A stretch of 32,000 bases of DNA, taken from Thermofilum adornatum (GTDB taxonomy: Archaea; Thermoproteota; Thermoprotei; Thermofilales; Thermofilaceae). Each line of letters opens with the position of its first letter. Within the stretch, counting starts at the first letter, position 1. A program made the position numbers and the translations under genes. The notes beneath the pieces were generated by a model. It had not been told where the DNA came from and ran no database searches. It saw only the letters and a list, made by a program, of their open reading frames with translations. Below are positions 8,416 through 15,852 of this stretch, in pieces. The stretch spans positions 1,230,001 to 1,262,000 of the forward strand of contig NC_022093.1 of assembly GCF_000446015.1 (NCBI RefSeq), given 5' to 3'.

Positions 8416-9180
8416 TTATGAGAAACTATTGGCTAAACTTTTTGCTTTTTCGAGTCTACTCCTAGCACCTGCAACCAAGAACCTGTAATCGCTTCCCAAG
8501 GCTATAAATTTGAAACCATTTTTCAATGCGAATTCTAAGGATTCATCGTCAGGACAATACATACCTCCAGGAACTCCGAGGCTCATTGAAACTTCGGCAA
8601 CTTTTTCTATGGCTTTTCTTACAATCTCTTCTTTCCAAGACCTGTACCCATATGAAAACGATAGGTCATTTGGTCCAATAAAGAATGCATTTACTCCCTC
8701 AACCGAGAGTATATCCTCAATATTTTTGACGGCTTCTTGTGTCTCGATCTGGACGATTACTAGCACTTTGTCGGCATTGTCAAAATACTCATTTGTCTTT
8801 AAACCATAACTAGCGGCCCTACGGGGACCTACACCCCTAATGCCTTTTGGAGGATATCTCGTTGATGCAACAGCTTGTTTAGCATCTTCAGCTTTGTTGA
8901 TTAATGGGAAGAGAATACCGGCAAATCCTAGGTCAAGGACGCGTTTTACATAAACAGGGTCGTTAAAGGGTACTCTTACTATGGGAGTAGTGTCCCCCCT
9001 TACGGCCATTAACATATATTCCAGCATTTGAAAGTCTAAAGGTGCATGTTCAACGTCAAACAAGAGCCAATCAAAACCGAGTAGAGAAAGCATTTCTGGA
9101 ACTTCGGGATTTGCAATCGTTAACCAAGCACCCAGACTGATCTTGTTCTCAACCAAAAGTTTAGGCAGTCTTCCAAACAT
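8416..9180 (-). CDS. HpcH/HpaI-family class II (metal-dependent) 2-keto-3-deoxy-acid/pyruvate aldolase
   Basis: GAWLTIANPEVPEMLSLLGFDWLLFDVEHAP... then RVP...., QIET.EA..N...I..V.GV...FIGPNDLS. These are characteristic HpcH/GarL/RhmA family blocks. ATG at 9180; the TTG at 9189 is also in frame. Confidence 0.85.
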   Translation of the reverse strand: MFGRLPKLLVENKISLGAWLTIANPEVPEMLSLLGFDWLLFDVEHAPLDFQMLEYMLMAVRGDTTPIVRVPFNDPVYVKRVLDLGFAGILFPLINKAEDAKQAVASTRYPPKGIRGVGPRRAASYGLKTNEYFDNADKVLVIVQIETQEAVKNIEDILSVEGVNAFFIGPNDLSFSYGYRSWKEEIVRKAIEKVAEVSMSLGVPGGMYCPDDESLEFALKNGFKFIALGSDYRFLVAGARSRLEKAKSLANSFS

Positions 9181-9256
9181 TTGTGTCAAGAAATACGTTC
9201 ATTTCTTTTAAATAATTTTTATGCCAAACACATTCGGCGAAAAACATGAGGAAAGA

Positions 9257-9286
9257 CCAAACAATGTATGGGGATAATAATTAAAA
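9257..9286 (+). promoter_or_regulatory. CCAAAC-AAT-GTATGG near-palindrome followed by a TATA-like box (ATAATAATTAAAA) upstream of the 2-hydroxyacid dehydrogenase
   Basis: Read directly from the sequence. The TATA-like box at 9274-9286 lies 22 nt before the ATG at 9309. This is a divergent intergenic region shared with the HpcH aldolase. Confidence 0.35.
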
Positions 9287-9308
9287 TGCCCTGCCTATAA
9301 ACAAATGT

Positions 9309-10334
9309 ATGTACAAAGTTGCAATAGTGAATTCAAGGTCTTATGGAGTTGTTGCACCCGATGTTCTAGAAAACCTAAGAAGAGTTGCACAGGTTGATTT
9401 CTTGGACGTAGATAAAACCCTACGAGGTAAGCCGCTAGCTGAAAAACTCTCGGGCTATCATTTTATAATTGCAAGTGTAACACCGTTTTATGATCGAGAG
9501 TTTTTCGAACACCAGAAAGATGTTTTACTAATAGCGAGACACGGCATAGGATACGACAATGTAGATGTTACAGCGGCAACAGAGTACGGTGTCATTGTTA
9601 CACGTGTCCCCGGATACAAGGAAAGAGATGCAGTAGCAGAATTAGCCGTCGCTTTATGCCTTAATGTTGCGAGAAAAGTCTGTTTATCCGCCGGCTATGT
9701 TCGGGAAGGGAAATGGTCGGAAAGAGGAAAAATTGTTGGAATAAACATTAAGGGCAAAACAGTCGGCATCGTAGGCCTAGGAAACATTGGCAGTAGAGTT
9801 GCAGAAATATTTTCTAGAGGATTCGAGGCTAGAGTCATAGCCTATGATCCCTATGTAAGCAAGGAGCAGGCCTTTAAAAGTGGAGCTGAGCTGGTAGATT
9901 TTGATACGCTTTTAAAAAATTCAGATATCATCTTGCTACATGCTGCTTTAACTAGGGAGAACTATCATCTCATCGGCGAGAAGGAAATAGAGAAAATGAA
10001 AAAAGGAGTAATAATAGTAAATGCAGCTAGAGGAGAACTAATCGATACAAATGCTTTGATTAAAGGACTCGAGACTGGAAAAATTGGAGGAGTTGGGCTT
10101 GATGTAATAGAAGGCGAACCCATTGGAGCTGATCATCCTCTTCTTAAGTTCCCGAATGTCATTATAACACCTCACATAGGTGCAAATACTTTAGAGGCTT
10201 TAAGAGGGATGGATGAATCAAATGCTAATGCAATCTTACAGGTCATACGGGGGGAACCACCCTTCGAGTACATAGTAAACAAAGAAGTTTTAGAAAAAGG
10301 AACAAGAGCAAAAATAAAGCTTAGTTCTCATTAA
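9309..10334 (+). CDS. D-isomer-specific 2-hydroxyacid dehydrogenase (glyoxylate/hydroxypyruvate reductase or PGDH-like)
   Basis: NAD fold GIVGLGNIGSRVA, with catalytic-region blocks ARHGIGYDNVD, NAARGELID and TPHIGA. Confidence 0.9.
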   Translation: MYKVAIVNSRSYGVVAPDVLENLRRVAQVDFLDVDKTLRGKPLAEKLSGYHFIIASVTPFYDREFFEHQKDVLLIARHGIGYDNVDVTAATEYGVIVTRVPGYKERDAVAELAVALCLNVARKVCLSAGYVREGKWSERGKIVGINIKGKTVGIVGLGNIGSRVAEIFSRGFEARVIAYDPYVSKEQAFKSGAELVDFDTLLKNSDIILLHAALTRENYHLIGEKEIEKMKKGVIIVNAARGELIDTNALIKGLETGKIGGVGLDVIEGEPIGADHPLLKFPNVIITPHIGANTLEALRGMDESNANAILQVIRGEPPFEYIVNKEVLEKGTRAKIKLSSH

Positions 10335-11826
10335 ACAAAGGAATCAAACTATTTAAAACTTTTTTAAATTTTTCATATTGCTTCTCATAAACCAATCTGT
10401 TTTCAGAAGGAAGGGCTATCCTGTCGAAACGAAGATATTGGTCGAATTTAGTTAATTCGAAAGATGGATCCAGCGTTTCCAGAGCAACTAGCGCTGAGCC
10501 AAACAAAGCGGCATCTCCTCTAGTAAACGCCTTTATAGGCGTATTTAAAACGTCCGCCAATATTTGTAGCCATAGCTGGGACTGAGCACCGCCACCTGTA
10601 ATTCTCACTTCTTTAAATCTTAAGTTGTTCTCCCTCAGAGCCTCATTGACAAGGTTCAGATTATAAGCGACTCCTTCCATGAATGCTCTCAAAATGTCTC
10701 TTTTTGTATGCCACTCTCTTAGTCCAAAAATTACAGCACTTGAGTTGTTACCAAAAATAGGGAATCTCTCTCCACTAAGGTATGGTAAGAAAATAATGCC
10801 GTTTGCCCCTGGAGGTGAAAGCATTGCCTCTCTGTCCAGAATCTCATATACACTTATGCCTAGATCTTGGGCCAATACTTTCTCTAAGCCTCCCAAAGAA
10901 TCCCTGAACCACCTTAAGACAACGCCACCGCTGTTTACTGCTCCACCCGGGAGCCAAGTTTTCTTTAAAGAATAGTATGTTTGGAATCGCATATAGGGAG
11001 ACTTATCAATGACCGGATACGGGCTTGCAACTCTAAGCATCGTGCTAGTAGATAAATGAGAAGTAGCTATCTCTTGATTCAAACCGCCTAATCCAATAGA
11101 GACCGCTGCTCCATCAAAAACTCCTGCTACAATGGGAGCCCCAGATTTTATCCCAAGTTCGTTAGCGATGCTTACAGGTAAGTCTCCTATAATTGTGTTA
11201 GGCTCCACCAACCTTGGCAATATGCCAGGGTCTATACCAATCGATTCGATAAGGTCGAAATCCCAATCGAGAGAATACATATTGAGGAGTTGCGAACCAG
11301 AAGCTGAACTTCTATCCATAACTTTTTCTCCAATAAGACGCAGAAACAAAAAACCCTTAGCATCCAGAATAGTTTTTGTCTTTTCGAGAAGCGTCTTCTT
11401 CTCTTGTAGTAACCAAAACAACTTCGCTAATTGATATATATATAAAGGAGGACATCCAGTCCTCCTGTAAACCTCAAACGGATCTAAAGTCTTATAAAGC
11501 CTAGGAAGATACTTTGCTGGTCTTCTGTCAAGCCATGTAAATATATTTGTTAATGGTCTGTTTTGTGAATCTAACCCGATAAGACCAAACAGGTATCCAG
11601 AAACAACTATTCCATCTATCTCCTCCATATTTGCTTTTCGAATTGTCTCCTTGACAGTCTCTTTAAATATTCCCCATAAATAATCGGCGCTGTGCTCTGC
11701 TGCTTCAGGCTCTGGTCTTAAAAGGGGAACTTCAATTGTATTGAATCCCTTCACTCCATCTCCTTCAAAATCAATTAAACCTGATTTTACTGTGCTAGTT
11801 CCTATATCAACTGCTAGTATTCTCAT
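10321..11826 (-). CDS. FGGY-family carbohydrate kinase (xylulokinase/gluconokinase-like), copy 1
   Basis: N-terminal MRILAVDIGTSTVKSG, then PPGANGIIFLPYLSGERFP and ITGGGAQSQLWLQILADV (FGGY C-terminal signature). Confidence 0.9.
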   Translation of the reverse strand: MRILAVDIGTSTVKSGLIDFEGDGVKGFNTIEVPLLRPEPEAAEHSADYLWGIFKETVKETIRKANMEEIDGIVVSGYLFGLIGLDSQNRPLTNIFTWLDRRPAKYLPRLYKTLDPFEVYRRTGCPPLYIYQLAKLFWLLQEKKTLLEKTKTILDAKGFLFLRLIGEKVMDRSSASGSQLLNMYSLDWDFDLIESIGIDPGILPRLVEPNTIIGDLPVSIANELGIKSGAPIVAGVFDGAAVSIGLGGLNQEIATSHLSTSTMLRVASPYPVIDKSPYMRFQTYYSLKKTWLPGGAVNSGGVVLRWFRDSLGGLEKVLAQDLGISVYEILDREAMLSPPGANGIIFLPYLSGERFPIFGNNSSAVIFGLREWHTKRDILRAFMEGVAYNLNLVNEALRENNLRFKEVRITGGGAQSQLWLQILADVLNTPIKAFTRGDAALFGSALVALETLDPSFELTKFDQYLRFDRIALPSENRLVYEKQYEKFKKVLNSLIPLFNEN

Positions 11827-12505
11827 ATCTAGTGTTCTTCCATTCTAAGCCTACAAGAGAACTTAAAATTTTTGCCTCAGATCTTCGAATATGCTCCGCC
11901 AGAGTAGCCTTTGACACACCAAGCTCCTTTGCTAAATCAGTTAAGGAAAACTTTCTGGGCCAGTCGAAGTAGCCCCGAATCACTGCACGAGAAATTACTT
12001 CTCGTTGCAAAGGAGTTAATTTTGAAAAAATGTCTGCTTGAAGAATTAGTTTATACGAATCATTTATAGCTTCACAGATGTATGAAGTTTGAAATCTTAA
12101 AATATCACCCCTCTTTGCCAACTTTTCGGTTATTACTTTTGGATCCTCTTCAGATATAAGGTAAAACTTTCTAACTCCGTTCCTAATTAAGTAGGGAAAA
12201 ATGACAAAATTCCCAGAACCTAGAGTATACGCGTAAAAATCACAGCTGTCTTTTTCTATTACAAAAGTCAGAGAGGATTTCGACTTCATTAATATCTTCA
12301 CTTTTCCTGTGTCTTCTTTATTGAGTACCTTGCTAAATTCATCTACATGTTTCTTCTTCTGTGGCATTAGCGAGTAGACCAAAGTCTTTGATTTACTATC
12401 GTCGTATGTTATGCCTAGAACCAAAATCTCTACTCCTGGTATTTTCGAGAGTTCTGCTAAAGTACTCTGGTAAGGTCGCATATATATGAGATAAGGTCTG
12501 TGCAT
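11807..12505 (-). CDS. HTH_10 (Bat-type helix-turn-helix) transcriptional regulator with an uncharacterised N-terminal domain
   Basis: C-terminal LTPLQREVISRAVIRGYFDWPRKFSLTDLAKELGVSKATLAEHIRRSEAKIL matches the HTH_10/Bat DNA-binding domain pattern. The 3' end overlaps the FGGY kinase start by 20 nt. Confidence 0.75.
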   Translation of the reverse strand: MHRPYLIYMRPYQSTLAELSKIPGVEILVLGITYDDSKSKTLVYSLMPQKKKHVDEFSKVLNKEDTGKVKILMKSKSSLTFVIEKDSCDFYAYTLGSGNFVIFPYLIRNGVRKFYLISEEDPKVITEKLAKRGDILRFQTSYICEAINDSYKLILQADIFSKLTPLQREVISRAVIRGYFDWPRKFSLTDLAKELGVSKATLAEHIRRSEAKILSSLVGLEWKNTRYENTSS

Positions 12506-12557
12506 TGTAAACCTGCATTCATAGAATTAATCTTTCTATTTAAAACTTTTCTGGAAA

Positions 12558-12588
12558 GGCAAATATGTTTGGCTCCATAGTTAAATAA
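12558..12588 (+). promoter_or_regulatory. Imperfect palindrome GGCAAATATGTTTGGC followed by a TATA-like box (TTAAATAA, 12581-12588) upstream of the class I aldolase
   Basis: 6 of 8 palindromic pairs match. It shares the 8-mer GTTTGGCT (12567-12574) with 13517-13524. The TATA-like box lies 23 nt upstream of the ATG at 12612. Confidence 0.4.
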
Positions 12589-12611
12589 GGGTAACTTTAT
12601 CGTTGGATTCG

Positions 12612-13508
12612 ATGAATGAGAAAAAACTGTATGGTATCTTACCACCACTTATAACTCCATTCGATGAGAAGGGAGAAGTCAAGACAGACACTCTTAGTCG
12701 ACTTATTGAATTTACTTATCCATATGTCCATGGCTACTATGTTTGTGGCACTTATGGTCTAGGACCTATAATGAGAATAGATCAAAGAAAAATAGTTGCT
12801 GAAAAAATAATGGAATTTGTCAAAGGGTCAAAGACTGTAGTTATACATGTCGGTTCAACAGACACAGAGACTGCAGTCCAATTGGCTAGGCACGCGGAAG
12901 ATATCGGTGCAGATGCTGTTGCTAGTGTTCCTCCTTTCTACTATGCGCACCCGGACTCTCATGTTGTGGAGTATTTTAAAGACATAGTAGCCTCTGTCAC
13001 GATACCAGTTTACGCATACAACAATCCACAAAGAGTTGGCTATCAAATTAACCCTCAACTTGCACTTAAGCTAAAAAATGTAGGGGTAGTTGGTATTAAA
13101 GACAGTAGCTTTGATATTCAACAGTTTATAGAATATAAGGTAACAGTGGGAAAAGATTTCGACGTAGTCGTTGGTACAGAGGCTCTTATGGTTCCTGGCT
13201 ATGTTTTAGGAGCACGTGCATTTATTCCTGGAATGTCGAATTATGCCCCTGAAGTAGTTTATAAACTATTTAAGTTGCTCGAGGAAAATGATCTTGAGAA
13301 GGCTGTAGAACTTCAGTTCATGATAAACAAGTTCCGAAAAGAACTCCATAGACTGGGTTCCACAATTCCTCTCGTGTACACACTTATGAAACTGCGGGGA
13401 GTAGATGCCGGTTTGCCCAGAAAACCCTTCATCCCTCTTCCTGAAGAGTTAAAACATGACGTCAAAGCCCTCTTGGAGGAATTACTAAATGAGCGAAATT
13501 ATGGATAG
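12612..13508 (+). CDS. DapA/NAL-family class I (Schiff-base) aldolase, KDG/KD(P)G-aldolase-like
   Basis: PLITPF near the N-terminus, GTYGLGP in place of the GTTGE block (compare GTTGLGP as I recall it in Sulfolobus KDG aldolase), YAYNNP (catalytic Tyr region), and GIKDSS (Schiff-base Lys). ATG at 12612; the TTG at 12603 is also in frame. Confidence 0.85.
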   Translation: MNEKKLYGILPPLITPFDEKGEVKTDTLSRLIEFTYPYVHGYYVCGTYGLGPIMRIDQRKIVAEKIMEFVKGSKTVVIHVGSTDTETAVQLARHAEDIGADAVASVPPFYYAHPDSHVVEYFKDIVASVTIPVYAYNNPQRVGYQINPQLALKLKNVGVVGIKDSSFDIQQFIEYKVTVGKDFDVVVGTEALMVPGYVLGARAFIPGMSNYAPEVVYKLFKLLEENDLEKAVELQFMINKFRKELHRLGSTIPLVYTLMKLRGVDAGLPRKPFIPLPEELKHDVKALLEELLNERNYG

Positions 13509-13526
13509 CCAAACAAGTTTGGCTAT
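13505..13526. promoter_or_regulatory. Perfect 10+10 bp palindrome ATAGCCAAAC-AA-GTTTGGCTAT abutting the TATA box of the ABC importer operon; candidate operator
   Basis: Read directly from the sequence. It overlaps the aldolase stop codon (13506-13508) and its right arm runs into TATAAATATTAA (13524-13535), 25 nt before the SBP ATG. Confidence 0.5.
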
Positions 13527-13560
13527 AAATATTAATGGTAAAGTATAATAATACACCTTG

Positions 13561-14964
13561 ATGAGCCAAAAAAACAATACAAAAATAATTGCCATTGCTG
13601 TTTTAGTCGTCCTAATAATAGCAGGCATTGGCTTCTTTCTAATGCAGCAACCTAAGCAGCCACAGCCTACAACTCCACAGCAACCAACAACCCCCTCCCA
13701 ACAAACCGCTACAACTAGGCCTAAACTAGTTATCTGGGGAAGAAGCACATTTACACCACCTCAGATGTATTGGATTGAAAAGAAAGTTCGTGAGTGGGCG
13801 GCAAAGAATAACGTGGATGTTGAAATAACATGGTTATCGGTAACAGATATTGGAAAGAAGCTTATTGCAGCTGTTGAAGCAGGAAACCCGCCTGACATAG
13901 TGATAAATGGTCACCCGGTTGCTATTTTCGCGGAGAAAGGATTATTGATACAAATAGATGACATTATCGAGAAACTAAATAAAAGCGACATATATGAAAT
14001 AAAACTCAAAGAATGCGAATGGAGCGGTCACTACTATTGCCTTCCCACAATGTTTGAAGCCACCTGGCTACATGTCCGCTGGGACATAGTCAAAAAAGCA
14101 AATGCAGAAAACCTATTCCCATTAAAAACACTAGATGACTTCTATACTGCTGCAAAAGTCTTAAACCAAGTAGAGCCTGGAGTGTATGGAGTAGGTCTAC
14201 CCTTAGGATTGAACGGCTACGATACATGGTGGACCTTCCTACACTTCTGGGGAGGATACGGGGGAGGAATGCTAACAGATAGAAGTGTAGCTGGAGTTAT
14301 AATGGATAAAGAGCCATATCGAACGGGTCTCAAAAAAGCTTTTGAAATAGAAAGGAAGATATGGCTTGAGAAATTAACTCCGCCAGATAGTGATCAATGG
14401 GTCGATGCATCCAACAACAATGCCTACCTTCAAGGAAAAATTGCAATGACAATGAATCCGGCAAGCATATGGTATGCAGTAATGACACAGAATCCTGCTC
14501 TAGCAGCAAACACCAAATTATTCTTGTTGCCAGTCTCAGTAGACTGTGGCGACGAAAGCGTTTTCATATTCAAAACAACAAAATATCCAGACCTTGCAAA
14601 AGACCTGGTTTACTACTTATATGCCGACAAAGAAGACTATCGTAAAGGATTCTGTGAAGCCTCAGGCCTCTATGCGCTCCCCATATTTAAGTCCCAAATG
14701 CAGGTAATCTCCAAAGACTGGAAAGCAGGCAAGTATCCTGCCCTCGGTGAAGACCCAGCAAAAGCGGTCGAAAAAATCAAATTCATGGAAACAGCGGCCT
14801 TCCCGTTAGGTGAGAGAACAACACCTAGCGAGACATTTAGAGAAGGGTTCACGTGGAACGAAATGATTCAGAGAGTAGTCATCAAAGGAGAGGATCCAGA
14901 CAAAGTCATAGACGAGTATGCAGCAAAGCTGAGGGAAGAAGTTAAAAGAGTATATGGAGGATAA
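13561..14964 (+). CDS. CUT1-type (family 1) extracellular sugar-binding protein of an ABC importer, membrane-tethered
   Basis: N-terminal TM anchor (IIAIAVLVVLIIAGIGFFL) followed by a Q/P/T-rich linker (QQPKQPQPTTPQQPTTPSQQTATT), then a 400 aa binding-protein body. It sits immediately upstream of two MalF/MalG-type permeases. Confidence 0.85.
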   Translation: MSQKNNTKIIAIAVLVVLIIAGIGFFLMQQPKQPQPTTPQQPTTPSQQTATTRPKLVIWGRSTFTPPQMYWIEKKVREWAAKNNVDVEITWLSVTDIGKKLIAAVEAGNPPDIVINGHPVAIFAEKGLLIQIDDIIEKLNKSDIYEIKLKECEWSGHYYCLPTMFEATWLHVRWDIVKKANAENLFPLKTLDDFYTAAKVLNQVEPGVYGVGLPLGLNGYDTWWTFLHFWGGYGGGMLTDRSVAGVIMDKEPYRTGLKKAFEIERKIWLEKLTPPDSDQWVDASNNNAYLQGKIAMTMNPASIWYAVMTQNPALAANTKLFLLPVSVDCGDESVFIFKTTKYPDLAKDLVYYLYADKEDYRKGFCEASGLYALPIFKSQMQVISKDWKAGKYPALGEDPAKAVEKIKFMETAAFPLGERTTPSETFREGFTWNEMIQRVVIKGEDPDKVIDEYAAKLREEVKRVYGG

Positions 14965-14995
14965 AAAATTATTTTTCTTTTTTGGTGATTTTTCT

Positions 14996-15850
14996 ATGTC
15001 GAAAACTACTCGATCACTTTATAACTGGATCTATGTTCTGCCTACCCTAGTCTTGATTATCTTCATCTTCATAATCCCGATAGCATATAACATATGGCTG
15101 AGCTTTCAAGAAAAAACTATAGGTGGAGAAGCCGTTTTTGCTGGTCTCAAGAATTATCAACGATTGCTAGCATCTTCTATGTTTTATAAGTCTGTTGGTA
15201 ATTCTTTGTTGTATACTTTTATTTCTGTGACTTCTAAGGCATTAATTGGCTTAGGAGTAGCTCTACTCCTTAACAAGAAATTCTGGGGAAGAGGCTTCTT
15301 AAGAGGTTTCTCAATTCTTCCATGGGCTTTCCCGTCTTTCGTTGTAGCAGTTTTGTTCTGGTTCAACTATGACTACAGAGGTACATTCAACACGATATTC
15401 AAAATGTTAGGTTTACAGCCTGTACACTGGATGAGCTATGAGAATGCTATGTGGTCAGTTATCCTTATAAATATATGGCATGGATGGCCCTTCTTCTTTA
15501 TGGGTTATCTAGCTGGTCTACAAGCTATCCCCACAGACCTGTATGAGGCGGCTGAGATTGACGGGGCCAATGTTTACCAGAAATTTATTCATATAACTGT
15601 TCCGCAATTAAAACAAGTTCTCTTGACCGTGATGTTGCTCTCAACGATGTGGACGCTGGGAGAATTTACACAAATTTACATGACTACTGGTGGTGGTCCA
15701 GTTGACGCAACTTTGACGATACCAATGGCTACATATAAAATAGCTTTTCTTACGGAAATTAATTTCCCGCTTGCCGCTGCATATACTATATTAGTACTAC
15801 CAATTTACTTGTTCCTAATATATTTCACTTTAAAGCAAATGGGTGAATAA
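14996..15850 (+). CDS. Sugar ABC transporter permease (MalF/UgpA-like)
   Basis: Polytopic protein with an EAA-type loop (YEAAEIDGANVYQKFIHITVPQL). ATG at 14996 is preceded by GGTGA. The ORF-track start at 14954 overlaps the SBP end and adds a non-membrane FFFF stretch. Confidence 0.85.
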   Translation: MSKTTRSLYNWIYVLPTLVLIIFIFIIPIAYNIWLSFQEKTIGGEAVFAGLKNYQRLLASSMFYKSVGNSLLYTFISVTSKALIGLGVALLLNKKFWGRGFLRGFSILPWAFPSFVVAVLFWFNYDYRGTFNTIFKMLGLQPVHWMSYENAMWSVILINIWHGWPFFFMGYLAGLQAIPTDLYEAAEIDGANVYQKFIHITVPQLKQVLLTVMLLSTMWTLGEFTQIYMTTGGGPVDATLTIPMATYKIAFLTEINFPLAAAYTILVLPIYLFLIYFTLKQMGE

Positions 15851-15852
15851 AG

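Noticed and set aside
13485-13748. 87-aa minus-strand ORF with a Cys/Gly-rich stretch (GCCGVVGCGCLGCC)
   Set aside because: The Cys/Gly run is simply the reverse complement of the Pro/Thr/Gln linker codons of the binding protein. It also spans the palindrome and TATA region.
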